Made by a program: the position numbers and the translations under genes. A stretch of DNA of 64,000 nt, taken from contig JAGLHE010000055.1 in NCBI GenBank assembly GCA_023143685.1, positions 14,984 through 78,983 on the forward strand, written 5' to 3'. Below are positions 1 to 9,729 of the stretch, piece after piece; position 1 is the stretch's first letter; each line of letters begins with the position of its first letter. The notes under the pieces were generated by a model. The model saw only the letters and a program-made list of their open reading frames with translations. It made no database searches and was not told the origin of the DNA. This DNA is from Candidatus Omnitrophota bacterium (GTDB lineage Bacteria; Omnitrophota; Gorgyraeia; Zapsychrales; JANLHA01).

Positions 1-1
1 T

Positions 2-625
2 TTGCCGGATAAACTTAATGACAAGGAATTCTTAAGGAAATTTGCGCGTATCGTTGGCAATGAGGCCGGGCGTATCAATAACCTTGTTGAACAACTTAAC
101 GATTTTGCCAAACCTGCCGCTCCCAAACCTGAAAAAACCAATATCCACCAACTACTTAACGATACACTAGACTTTTTAAACAGTAAATTCATTCATAACA
201 GAGTTGAAGTGGTCAAAAATTTTATACCGGAAGATTTAATTTTAAACGTCGACCCAAACCTGATCCGTCAAGCTGTCTTAAACATCATCCTGAACGCCCT
301 GGACGCCATGCCCTCCGGCGGAACCTTAACAATCGAGACCAAATGGGCTAAGATCATCGCCCCCGGCACTGATCACCAAACAGATCAGCGATCATCTGTG
401 TCTAAAAAACAATCTGCAATCATCTGCGTTAGAGATACTGGCGTAGGCATCAACAAAAAAGACCTAAAAAACATCTTCGACCCGTTCTTCACCAAAAAAG
501 ACGAAGGCACAGGATTAGGACTGGCTGTCACGCAAGGGATCATGGAAGATCACGGCGGGCAAATTAAGATTGAGAGTACGGTTGAGGTCGGGACGAGTGT
601 GATACTGGAATTTGATTTAAAATAA
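2..625 (+). CDS. Sensor histidine kinase, C-terminal HATPase part (5' end outside window)
   Basis: N box (QAVLNIILNALDAM), G1 (DTGVGI), F (IFDPFFT), G2 (GTGLGL). Confidence 0.9.
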   Translation: MPDKLNDKEFLRKFARIVGNEAGRINNLVEQLNDFAKPAAPKPEKTNIHQLLNDTLDFLNSKFIHNRVEVVKNFIPEDLILNVDPNLIRQAVLNIILNALDAMPSGGTLTIETKWAKIIAPGTDHQTDQRSSVSKKQSAIICVRDTGVGINKKDLKNIFDPFFTKKDEGTGLGLAVTQGIMEDHGGQIKIESTVEVGTSVILEFDLK

Positions 626-670
626 ACAACGCAAAACTTTACGCTAAACTACGCGAAAAAAAGATGTGAG

Positions 671-760
671 AAAATAAACTCGCTTGATAGTTCTGATTGC
701 TCGCAACTATTTTATGCCCGTATAGGAATTTCGTATGGAATCTTTGAAATTCCTATACTA
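671..760. repeat. 90-bp dispersed palindromic element, family A, copy 1
   Basis: Contains hairpin GTATAGGAATTTC..GAAATTCCTATAC; near-identical to 13702-13791 and 18727-18816. Confidence 0.85.
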
Positions 761-818
761 TAAATTAATATACAAAAATTTATGACAATGTCGTCCACTT
801 CGTACTTATCAAAATTAC

Positions 819-2009
819 TCAAAGTTTTCCCGCATCGAACAACTGCACGATCGCAACGGCAGGAATAGGATTAAACTGCATGCCGCTACACCGCTTAATC
901 TCTTCGATCGCGTCTTTCTTGCTATTCGCCCGTCGATACGGCCTATCTGTAATCATCGCGTCAAACGTATCTGCTACCGCGATAATCGAAGCAACCATCG
1001 GCACGTCATCACCTTTCAATCCATGCGGGTACCCTGCCCCATCATGCCGCTCATGATGATGCAACACCCCGTCTAAACTCTCGGTCAACTCTGACAGCGG
1101 CCGCAAGATTTCAACCCCATGAATCGGATGCTGCTTAATCACTTCAAACTCTTCATCTGTCAATTTGCTAGGCTTATTCAAAATCGCTTCAGGGATACCG
1201 ATCTTTCCGATGTCGTGAAAGATTCCGGCGAGGTAAAGATTTTCAAAAAATGCTTCATCAAACTGCGCGGTCCCGTTTGCCACCATCTGACGCGCAACTG
1301 CTGTCGCATAATTGGTCACACGTTCAGTATGTCCATGCGTATACTTATCCTTAGCTTCAATCGTGGATCCTAACACGATCGTCGCACGGATAAACAAATC
1401 ATGATTCTTGCGTGATTCCGCCTTTAAGTCTTCAAAAAGCTGAGCGTTACGGATCGCCATCGCCGCGTCTGACGCAAGGGCCGCAAAAAAATCAAGCTCT
1501 TCCTGCTTAAACGGTGTTCCATCCCTCTTGCTACCTAAAAGAAGCACTGCCAGAAGTTTATCTTTATAATATGCCGGCACACAAGCAGCTGCATTGATCA
1601 TCTGCATCTGGTCGCCAAACTTATGTAACAGTTCTTTAAGTCCGTTACCGTTGCTCATCAGACTCTCTTGCCAGAGCATTTTGTTAAGATCCTCGACGAG
1701 GATAGCATTTTTGTTGATCGTTAAGAACCGATACTCTTTTTCGCGAAGGAGCCTAATGACCGGGCTGTCGTGGTCAAACCGGGTAAACCCTTCAGGGATC
1801 TTGATACCGGAAGGACCGCGCGTAATTTTAAGGACATAGGTGTCGCGCACATCATCATAAAGAAGCATGCCCCCATGCTGAAGCTGGACCTTGCTGACAA
1901 TCATGCGGATAATAAGCTTAATCAACAGCTTCGGGTCATGAATCATAATCATTCCGTGGCTGGCAGCTTCGAGTTCTTTTTTGTAATCTATTTTATGTTT
2001 TGTTTTCAT
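819..2009 (-). CDS. GAF + HD-GYP c-di-GMP phosphodiesterase
   Basis: FHDIGKIG and HHERHDGAGYPHGL motifs intact; N-terminal GAF-like region; start placed at MKTKHK. Confidence 0.9.
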   Translation of the reverse strand: MKTKHKIDYKKELEAASHGMIMIHDPKLLIKLIIRMIVSKVQLQHGGMLLYDDVRDTYVLKITRGPSGIKIPEGFTRFDHDSPVIRLLREKEYRFLTINKNAILVEDLNKMLWQESLMSNGNGLKELLHKFGDQMQMINAAACVPAYYKDKLLAVLLLGSKRDGTPFKQEELDFFAALASDAAMAIRNAQLFEDLKAESRKNHDLFIRATIVLGSTIEAKDKYTHGHTERVTNYATAVARQMVANGTAQFDEAFFENLYLAGIFHDIGKIGIPEAILNKPSKLTDEEFEVIKQHPIHGVEILRPLSELTESLDGVLHHHERHDGAGYPHGLKGDDVPMVASIIAVADTFDAMITDRPYRRANSKKDAIEEIKRCSGMQFNPIPAVAIVQLFDAGKL

Positions 2010-2028
2010 GATAAAGACACTAATCAAT

Positions 2029-2134
2029 TGTCATTTCGACCGAAGGGAGAAATCTTGTTTTTTAAGATTCCTCGCTTCGCTTCGGAATGACAAAAATATT
2101 GATTTTATATTTCATATTCACAAACGTTGCACGT
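2029..2134. repeat. Palindromic element family B (TGTCAT..GAATGACA plus shared tail), copy 1
   Basis: Direct repeat with 2586-2688; internal inverted repeat. Confidence 0.85.
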
Positions 2135-2162
2135 TGAACATCGCCCGTCGCACGCCACCAGT

Positions 2163-2522
2163 CTAAGCCTTAAGTTCTGCTAACACTATTTTTTCCAATT
2201 CGTCTAACACCAGCGGTTTGTGAATGAACCCTTGCACGCCTAAAGCTTCGGTTTCTTTAATCATATCTTCTTCTTCTATCCCTGAAACCATAATGACCTT
2301 CACATTGTTGCCGCTTTCGCGAATTTCGCGCAACAGCTCAACCCCTGTCTTTTCATCCATGCGGATATCCAAAAGGATCAGATCAAACTCCTGGTCTTGA
2401 ATAATTTCATGCGCTTCGTCTCCGCCGCTTGCAGTATAAACGTCAATGCCGCGCTTTTTAAAAAACCTTTTAGCAAATTCCCTGATATCAATTTCATCGT
2501 CGACAATTAATAGTTTAGACAT
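2163..2522 (-). CDS. Single-domain response regulator
   Basis: LIVDDE, LLDIRM, KP receiver motifs. Confidence 0.92.
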   Translation of the reverse strand: MSKLLIVDDEIDIREFAKRFFKKRGIDVYTASGGDEAHEIIQDQEFDLILLDIRMDEKTGVELLREIRESGNNVKVIMVSGIEEEDMIKETEALGVQGFIHKPLVLDELEKIVLAELKA

Positions 2523-2585
2523 ATTTTAGCTCCTGTTAGGTTATAAATTATATCTTGCCTGTCTAAATTACCATTTTTCCCTTGG

Positions 2586-2688
2586 TGTCATCTCGAGCAT
2601 AGCGAGAGATCTAAACAAAAGATTCCTCGCTCCTGCTCGGAATGACAAAAATATTGATTTTAATCTCATATTCACAACCGTTGCACGT
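2586..2688. repeat. Palindromic element family B, copy 2
   Basis: Direct repeat with 2029-2134; ends at the kinase stop codon. Confidence 0.85.
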
Positions 2689-4880
2689 CAAGAATATGCC
2701 GGCAAAGTGATACGCACCTGTGTACCTTTCATGTGTTCTGACGTGTATTGTACTTTTCCGCCATGGTTCTCTTCAATCAAACGTTGGATAACAAACAACC
2801 CTAACCCTGTTCCTTTTCGGCTGGACAACTTGGTCGTAAAAAATGGGGTAAACAATTTTTCTTTATCTTCTTCTTTAATCCCCATGCCGGTATCTGACAA
2901 AACAATCTTCATCTTACCTGATGGTGTTGCTTCAGCTTCAATGCGAATAATCGCCTTGAAATCCGGCTCTTTAAGTTCTTCTTTTCTTTGCATCATCGCG
3001 TCAAACGCATTATCAACAAGATTAAAAAACACTTCCTGCAACTGGGTAAAATTTCCTTTAATCTTTGGAAGGTCTCTACTATACTCGCGCATAATAGCTA
3101 GCTGTCCCGGCTTGATCTTAAACTGCGTCATCTCAAGTGCAGCGTCGATCAGGGCATCTAAGTCAACGGCTGCAAACCCTTCTTCCCCCTTACGCGTGTA
3201 TTTTAAAAGCCCACGCACAATGTCACCACCCTGCGAAACATTATCTTCAATACGATGAAGAGCATGTTCAATATCAACCATCATTTCTTTAATTTCATCC
3301 GGGACAGGAACATTCTTCTTCATCTTAATCGTATCAAGCACGTCCCCCGCAATAAACCCCAGCGCATGAAAACGATTGTTGATCTGGTGCGAAAGGCCGT
3401 CAGCCATAGTCCCGATCGTAGCCATTTTTTCAGCTTTAAAAAGCTGTTCATGCGTTTCTTTCATGTCCTCATAAAAAAACGCATTCTCAATCGCAAGAGC
3501 GGCCTGGTTAGCGAGGATAGTAAAAACCGCCAAATCATCTTCGGTAAACATCTTACCTGAAAGTTTTTGGCCCAAGACAATCACGCCAACCAACTTTTCA
3601 TCCACAAACGTTGGAATAATAACTGCGGCACATAATTCTTTTAATTGCGCGTCAACTTCTTTAAGTTTTTCATCATTCCGATCTTGAGCTTTTTGGCTCA
3701 CCTCGTCAGTAACAATAGGACGTCTATATTTTTTGATTTCATCAATAAGTGCTGTTTTGGCATCGATGACTTTGGGCGGCTGGTTTGCGAGCTCTTCATT
3801 GCTTTTAATCGCACGCAAACCATACTGTTTATCTTCTTTATTATATAAATAAACCATACTGTGCGAGAGTCGCACAGTACGCGTGACAATATGCGCGATC
3901 AAACTTGTTAGCCGCCGCAAATCCTTGATCCGCCCCATACCCGCAGAGGCGCGGCGCAAAGTGTTTTGATATCGACGGCGTTCATGAAACAACTTGCTTT
4001 CAGCCCGGTTTTGAATGTAAAGATAAATAAATGGCCCAACAGTTGCCAAGACAGTTGAAGTAATCAACGGCGCCAACCACCATGACTCCCCCAGAACGCT
4101 GGTCAACCACGACCGCCCCGCAAAGGCTAAAATAAAAGGTATGCCAAGGATAAGGGAATATGTAGCAACAAATATCCCGGTGCGGGTGATGACGAGGGTG
4201 ATGTCCATGAGGCGGTAGCGAACGATGCCGTAGCCGATAATAACAGGGTAAATAGCAATTAAAAAATTTGAATACGGATAAACACCATCAACAAAAATTG
4301 TCAAAAAATTCCCGTGCGCCCCCAAGAAACCGATGCATGACCCAAGAATCAAATACTTCACAGCATTTCGTCTTACCCCAGCAGACTTGAAAAAGAATAT
4401 TAACAAGCGCGCGAACGAATACAGCAACAGAATCCAATAAAAACTGATATACATTATTACATAAAGCACCCCCTTTTTCTCAGTCCAATTGGTGTAAAAA
4501 AATTCATTAAAAACAAACCTTACACCCCCAAAAAAAGATTCTGGGAAACAAAAATTAAAGACAAGAAAGAGACACGCTAAACTATAAATTAGAAAAAGCC
4601 ATGCTGATTTTTTTAAATTGCAATACATTAAAACAAAATGCGAGAATAAAACAGGAATAAGAATCGTTCCAATATGTGCAATTTGCCAACCGAAAACTGC
4701 AAGCCTTTCAGATAAAGCTGTCGTGGCAATTAGACCGCCTAGCCCCCAGACAAAAACAGCTAAAGACGCCCAACTCCACATTTCCACAAAGGGCCTTTTA
4801 CCACTCCTTATTCTTAACAAAAACACAAGGATGCCACACATGACTACAATCAACAGATTTGATAAAGCTAATAAATGCAT
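2688..4880 (-). CDS. Membrane sensor histidine kinase (HisKA_7TM-like N-terminus, GAF, HisKA, HATPase)
   Basis: Multiple hydrophobic helices, IVRYRLMDI linker, GAF region, H box GLSHQINN, GTGLGL. Confidence 0.88.
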   Translation of the reverse strand: MHLLALSNLLIVVMCGILVFLLRIRSGKRPFVEMWSWASLAVFVWGLGGLIATTALSERLAVFGWQIAHIGTILIPVLFSHFVLMYCNLKKSAWLFLIYSLACLFLVFNFCFPESFFGGVRFVFNEFFYTNWTEKKGVLYVIMYISFYWILLLYSFARLLIFFFKSAGVRRNAVKYLILGSCIGFLGAHGNFLTIFVDGVYPYSNFLIAIYPVIIGYGIVRYRLMDITLVITRTGIFVATYSLILGIPFILAFAGRSWLTSVLGESWWLAPLITSTVLATVGPFIYLYIQNRAESKLFHERRRYQNTLRRASAGMGRIKDLRRLTSLIAHIVTRTVRLSHSMVYLYNKEDKQYGLRAIKSNEELANQPPKVIDAKTALIDEIKKYRRPIVTDEVSQKAQDRNDEKLKEVDAQLKELCAAVIIPTFVDEKLVGVIVLGQKLSGKMFTEDDLAVFTILANQAALAIENAFFYEDMKETHEQLFKAEKMATIGTMADGLSHQINNRFHALGFIAGDVLDTIKMKKNVPVPDEIKEMMVDIEHALHRIEDNVSQGGDIVRGLLKYTRKGEEGFAAVDLDALIDAALEMTQFKIKPGQLAIMREYSRDLPKIKGNFTQLQEVFFNLVDNAFDAMMQRKEELKEPDFKAIIRIEAEATPSGKMKIVLSDTGMGIKEEDKEKLFTPFFTTKLSSRKGTGLGLFVIQRLIEENHGGKVQYTSEHMKGTQVRITLPAYS

Positions 4881-4901
4881 AATTTAAGGATCCAGAACCC
4901 C

Positions 4902-5996
4902 TCATACATTTTGTGTTAATTTCTTGACAATTAAGAAAAAAACATGTCCGTTTTCTTCTCTAATAATCTCTACAGACATGGCTCCTAAAAATTTTCTGAA
5001 GAAATTCTGCAAGGCTACTGCATCTCGTTTATAGAAATTCCAATCACAAAACCACCCCAAAGGGAGATAAACTTCAGGATATTGCGAATCACAAGACGCA
5101 ACTACAAGTGTACCCCCAGGACGCAATTTATTATAAAAAAATTCAATAAAACGCTCAAGTGTACTATTCAAGAAATAATCAATAAGTCCCATACTGTATA
5201 TCAAATCATAATTATCAAAAAATGCGGGATCCTTCTTATCAGTTAGCCCAAGAATTTGGATCACGCTCTGGTTATAAATTCGCATACGCACATTAGGATA
5301 ACTTGACAACTCCTTTTCAGACAACGCTAATCCCTCCATATCTTGATCAACGAGAGAGCAATTAACCCTTTTAGAAACATTTCTACTTTCTGAAAAAAAT
5401 TCCCGCAATTCTCTGCATCCACCACATCCTAAATTTGCAATATTAACAACATCTCTCTCTGTCGATGCGAAAAACTCTGCTAAAATTTTTTTCATAATTT
5501 CCTTGCGGTTTATAACAGCACTACTCAAAGTATTATCAATAATAAATTTATCAAAGTAAGCCCCAATCCCCTTCGAACTATTGTATTGATCATAAATCAT
5601 TTCAAACATCATATAATCCCCAGGATATCCCCTCGGCTTCTCATAAAATCGTCGCAACAAATCCGACTTAAAAATATATTCAAAGACACTTTCTCTGAAC
5701 AAAAATCTAATTTTTTCTGCACCACCAGGAGAGATATTCTTCGATAGGCCATCGGAAGACAACAAAATATTTATCGTCTTCTCTTTTAAAATTTCATACA
5801 AGTTCGCATTAAAGGCTTTTCCTTCCTTGTCCTCCCCAGACAACCTCTCTAAGAATTCAGAATATCCCGTTAAAAGCTTCAAAAAACTTTCAAGCGTTCC
5901 TCTCCTCTCATAAGACAAAGTGTGAGCTGTTTTCTTATTATCGTCATCAATAAATACTTCACGGAAACAGCCAGAAAGTCTTTCAAGATTGCTCAT
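4902..5996 (-). CDS. Class I SAM methyltransferase, PhcB-like (3-hydroxy fatty acid methyl ester synthase family)
   Basis: KPRGYPGDYMMFEMIY motif recalled from PhcB-like proteins; NLGCGGCRE SAM-binding loop; YDLIYSMGLIDY. Confidence 0.7.
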   Translation of the reverse strand: MSNLERLSGCFREVFIDDDNKKTAHTLSYERRGTLESFLKLLTGYSEFLERLSGEDKEGKAFNANLYEILKEKTINILLSSDGLSKNISPGGAEKIRFLFRESVFEYIFKSDLLRRFYEKPRGYPGDYMMFEMIYDQYNSSKGIGAYFDKFIIDNTLSSAVINRKEIMKKILAEFFASTERDVVNIANLGCGGCRELREFFSESRNVSKRVNCSLVDQDMEGLALSEKELSSYPNVRMRIYNQSVIQILGLTDKKDPAFFDNYDLIYSMGLIDYFLNSTLERFIEFFYNKLRPGGTLVVASCDSQYPEVYLPLGWFCDWNFYKRDAVALQNFFRKFLGAMSVEIIREENGHVFFLIVKKLTQNV

Positions 5997-7416
5997 ATAA
6001 AATCCTCGTGTTTCTATTTATTTCGCTCATTCTTTTAAAAACAATCCTGGCCACCTTTTCCCCCACAATTGCAACTCCATCTATACCTTGGGCAACGGTA
6101 CTCCAGTGGCTAGACACAAAAAGATTTTCTAAAATTTTATCTCTTAAAAAATCCGGATCCATAAATTGATTAGTGCTCATAGCCCAGCCATAAGCAGCCC
6201 CCTTATAATTCCTAGTCCAATGAAACAAAGTTTGTGGGGTCGCCGCACTTTTATGCAGGATGCTTTGTCGTAATTTTGGAACAACATCTTCAGCTCTATT
6301 TATCATTTTGGCAATCATGAGTTGCTTTTGTTTAGCCCAATATTCTTTAGATTTAAAAAGGGCGTTCGCGTATATTGTGCACGTCTTTTTCGCAGAATCA
6401 AATCGAACCATCACCCAAGTAGAATCCGACGACGAAACTTTTTTAGATGTGTTAATAAAAAATTTTTTATCTACCAGCCAGACATTGCAGCGATTGGGAA
6501 GGCGGACATCAGCATCCTTGTTTAACCCCAGATAAACGACAAAGAGGGTGCGGGCTGGGACCATTTTATTTATTTTAGTTGTCGTTTTAGACGACAAATG
6601 ATTCTTTCCAATTAAAGATAAAAATGTTTGCCTTGCATCACAAGATGAGACGATAATCTGCGCTAATATCTCCTGACCTGTGTTCAAACGAATTCCCTGT
6701 GCGGTTTTATTTTTAATTAAAATTCTTTTAACTTCTTGAGATAGCAGAATTTCACCACCTAATTCTAAAAATCTTTTCCGCAGCAACTCGGGAACGATAT
6801 GCATGCCATCGGGGGGATAATAACCCCCATCAAGAATAAATTGTCGATAATGTTTAATAGCTGTAAATGCATTAATTTCATGCGCAGAAACTCCAAGATT
6901 CCCCAGAATCAAAAGAGAAAGCACGCTTTTTAAATCTTCATGGTTAAATGTTTCGTCTAAAATTTCCAAGAATGTTCGATTTCTTGTTTTAATAACAAGA
7001 TCCATGCTCTCACAATAAATAAATTCTTGAAAAAAATATTGAATTTGTTTCTCTTCTTCAGGAAAAATGGAAATAAATTCCTCAATCGTGCGTAGTTTAT
7101 TTTGCCAAAAATTTATTGTATATTCCGCAGTTACTATTTGATCCGTAGGATTATGCCTGACAAAATCCAACTGTTCTAAGACGCCCAAATCCTTAAGAAT
7201 ATTATAAAAATGTTCCCCCTTTGATAAATTTCCCAAAGTATGTGCACATGCATCAAATTGCCAATGTTTCACCTTAAACGATGTACAATACCCTCCCACT
7301 TTCTTATTCCTCTCCACAATCAACACCTTCAAACCAGCCTTGGCTAAATAACATCCACAGACAAGGCCACCAATCCCAGCCCCGATTATAATTACATCAT
7401 ATTCATCCTTTTTCAT
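5983..7416 (-). CDS. FAD-dependent oxidoreductase, phytoene desaturase (CrtI)-like
   Basis: IIIGAGIGGL dinucleotide fold, VGGYCTSF, C-terminal ATPQTLFHWTRNYKGAAYGW. Confidence 0.85.
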   Translation of the reverse strand: MKKDEYDVIIIGAGIGGLVCGCYLAKAGLKVLIVERNKKVGGYCTSFKVKHWQFDACAHTLGNLSKGEHFYNILKDLGVLEQLDFVRHNPTDQIVTAEYTINFWQNKLRTIEEFISIFPEEEKQIQYFFQEFIYCESMDLVIKTRNRTFLEILDETFNHEDLKSVLSLLILGNLGVSAHEINAFTAIKHYRQFILDGGYYPPDGMHIVPELLRKRFLELGGEILLSQEVKRILIKNKTAQGIRLNTGQEILAQIIVSSCDARQTFLSLIGKNHLSSKTTTKINKMVPARTLFVVYLGLNKDADVRLPNRCNVWLVDKKFFINTSKKVSSSDSTWVMVRFDSAKKTCTIYANALFKSKEYWAKQKQLMIAKMINRAEDVVPKLRQSILHKSAATPQTLFHWTRNYKGAAYGWAMSTNQFMDPDFLRDKILENLFVSSHWSTVAQGIDGVAIVGEKVARIVFKRMSEINRNTRILYEQS

Positions 7417-7421
7417 TACTA

Positions 7422-8654
7422 CTAAACCTCCCTGAACACTACACAAGCATTATTCCCCCCAAATGCCTGGGCGTTGTTTAATACTAGACTTACTTCTTTC
7501 TCGCGACTTTTGTTCGGTACACAGTCAATCTTGCATTCCGGATCTTGATTTTCTAAATTAATTGTTGGGGGAATTTTATTGTCTTGAATTGCCAGGCAAC
7601 ACGCAATCGCTTCTAATGCTGAAGCAGCACCCATAGTATGCCCTAACATCGACTTAATTGAACTAACAGGAATATTTTTCATGTCATTTCCAAAAACTCT
7701 GTTAAAGGCCTCGCTCTCAACCCCGTCATTCTCCTTGGTAGCTGTGCCGTGCGCGCTTATATAATCTACCTTGCTCTTTTGAATCCCCGCATTTTTAATA
7801 GCCTTTTCAATGGCATTACTAGCCCCGTTTGTCGACGGAATAGTCATATGCTGCGCATTACACGACAAACCATACCCTAGAACTTCCGCATAAACCTTGG
7901 CCTTACGCTTTTGCGCACTTTCTAAAGATTCTAAAACAAGCATGCCTGAGCCTTCACCAAGCATCATCCCTTGACGATCTTTATCAAACGGTTGACAACG
8001 CCGTTCTGCCATGGCAAACATACGGCCAAACCCTGTAAACGCAACACGTGAAAGTGCGTCTGACCCGCCAGCCAGGATGTAATCTGCTCTTCCAGAAGAT
8101 ATTAAATCTAAAGCATATCCAATGGAATAATTTCCAGCTGCGCAGGCGTTGCCAAACAGAAGATTATGTCCTGCCAGCTTTAATTCGTGTGCTACATTAA
8201 TCGGGATGACATTGTAGGGATAATAAAGTATGCGTTTTGCATATGTTATGGATTGCGTTTTTTTTATAGAATGTTTTACGAATTGTTCCGCAACTTGTAT
8301 CTCCCCCATCGTCGTCCCAACACAAACCCCCATCTTTAAATTCTTTAATTCTGCAAGGGTCAGTCCCGCATCTTTGACTGCTAACTTACTTGCTGCGATG
8401 GCAAACTTTGATGCGCGAGGAAGAAATTTTAGTTTATTTTTTCGGATAAACTTCTCCGGCTCAAAACCACTAACCTCTCCCGCATAATGACGATCATATG
8501 CTGATGTATCGAATAAAGAAATTTTGCGGATACCGGCCTTGCCGGCTAATAAGTTTTCCCAGAACGTTTGCCAGCCAATCCCTATTGAAGAAATCACTCC
8601 AAGGCCTGTGATGACGACGCGTCGGGATGGAGGTTGTTTTTTGTTTTTGGTCAT
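7422..8654 (-). CDS. fabF: Beta-ketoacyl-ACP synthase II family (FabF-like)
   Basis: RRVVITGLG, catalytic Cys (NACAAG), HGT, KSMLGHTMGAA, AFGGNN. Confidence 0.9.
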   Translation of the reverse strand: MTKNKKQPPSRRVVITGLGVISSIGIGWQTFWENLLAGKAGIRKISLFDTSAYDRHYAGEVSGFEPEKFIRKNKLKFLPRASKFAIAASKLAVKDAGLTLAELKNLKMGVCVGTTMGEIQVAEQFVKHSIKKTQSITYAKRILYYPYNVIPINVAHELKLAGHNLLFGNACAAGNYSIGYALDLISSGRADYILAGGSDALSRVAFTGFGRMFAMAERRCQPFDKDRQGMMLGEGSGMLVLESLESAQKRKAKVYAEVLGYGLSCNAQHMTIPSTNGASNAIEKAIKNAGIQKSKVDYISAHGTATKENDGVESEAFNRVFGNDMKNIPVSSIKSMLGHTMGAASALEAIACCLAIQDNKIPPTINLENQDPECKIDCVPNKSREKEVSLVLNNAQAFGGNNACVVFREV

Positions 8655-8707
8655 AATTTTATTCCTGGATTCCTACTTTGACTATTCTGTCTTCTGTTCT
8701 CTATCTT

Positions 8708-9136
8708 TTACCGCTGTACACTAAAAAACATTTGCATCGCGGCAATTTGCTTAGCATCAACATCAACATTCACATCAGCACAACCCATATTATCGAGTAA
8801 TTTTGTTCCGCAAACTTCCAGATTCAGCACATCCCCGGCTGTGGCATGCCCCATAAACTCTGCCTTGACTTTTCCTATCACATACCGTGGCCGCTCCCCC
8901 TCTTTGACCCGGCTGACATGGTACAAAACAAGCGCGGCCTGGGCAGCGGCTTCGATTAATAACGTTTCAGGGAAGGTTTCACACTTCTGGCCGTACCCGA
9001 CGAACGGCCATTCATTGGCAGTAATATTTTTAATAGCAATAAGACTTTTGTCCTTTTTTATATCAATCACCCGGTCGATCAACAGCATCGGGTAAACATG
9101 TGGCAGGATTTGTTGTAGTTGATTGTGATTAAGCAT
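8708..9136 (-). CDS. FabZ-like hot-dog dehydratase with degenerate active site
   Basis: ILPHVYPMLLIDRV, KNITANE, LLIEAAAQ; the usual GHFP His is replaced (FVGYG). Confidence 0.78.
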   Translation of the reverse strand: MLNHNQLQQILPHVYPMLLIDRVIDIKKDKSLIAIKNITANEWPFVGYGQKCETFPETLLIEAAAQAALVLYHVSRVKEGERPRYVIGKVKAEFMGHATAGDVLNLEVCGTKLLDNMGCADVNVDVDAKQIAAMQMFFSVQR

Positions 9137-9396
9137 ACTTTTTAGAAAACACAGCTGAGCACAGATTTAAAATACAGATCAGCACTGATCCAAAACACAG
9201 GGCTGAAAAACGCTAATTTAGGCAACCTTAGTTAGTATTACTAAGAATATATATTATTATAAGAATATAGTGAAACGATGGCAAGGGGGAAGAAGAATAA
9301 TTACTCGCGGAGTTTACCCGCAATTATTTTGTGCGGGCTTGAGATGACAATGGGGTGAAAAACACTTCACATAACAGACAGTAATGGTGTTTTTCT

Positions 9397-9630
9397 TTAA
9401 CACCGATTTTCGCAGGGCGCATATCCGCCATAATGAAAAACTGCATGAAAACTGCAGTCTTCAAAGTTTTTCTCTTCAAGCTGAGTTGTTTCTCTATTTG
9501 CAATCAACTTGCAAATTTCCTGGTGATACCTGGCCCCCTTTTGAGTCACAAAGACATCTGCGGCAAACGCGGCACTCGTAACTGCCAAAAAGCTCAGCAT
9601 CAAAACAACTGACATTGCTTTCTTTAACAT
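9397..9630 (-). CDS. Small secreted Cys/His metal-binding protein
   Basis: Signal peptide, then VFVTQKGARYHQEIC...GYAPCENRC. Confidence 0.6.
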   Translation of the reverse strand: MLKKAMSVVLMLSFLAVTSAAFAADVFVTQKGARYHQEICKLIANRETTQLEEKNFEDCSFHAVFHYGGYAPCENRC

Positions 9631-9729
9631 CTCATTTCCCCCTTTTTGTTTGTTTAACTTTTCTTCACCTGTTCAACACGTGTTAATATCCTGTTCCTCC
9701 CGTCGTAAGCACCCCGCCAACGACAAGAC

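Noticed and set aside
2707-3560. Long antisense ORFs here and at 57500-58555 and 60963-61730
   Set aside because: They are shadows of well-supported minus-strand genes, with no recognisable motifs
5983-7416. Carotenoid biosynthesis
   Set aside because: There is no phytoene synthase or other crt gene nearby; the context is fatty-acid enzymes
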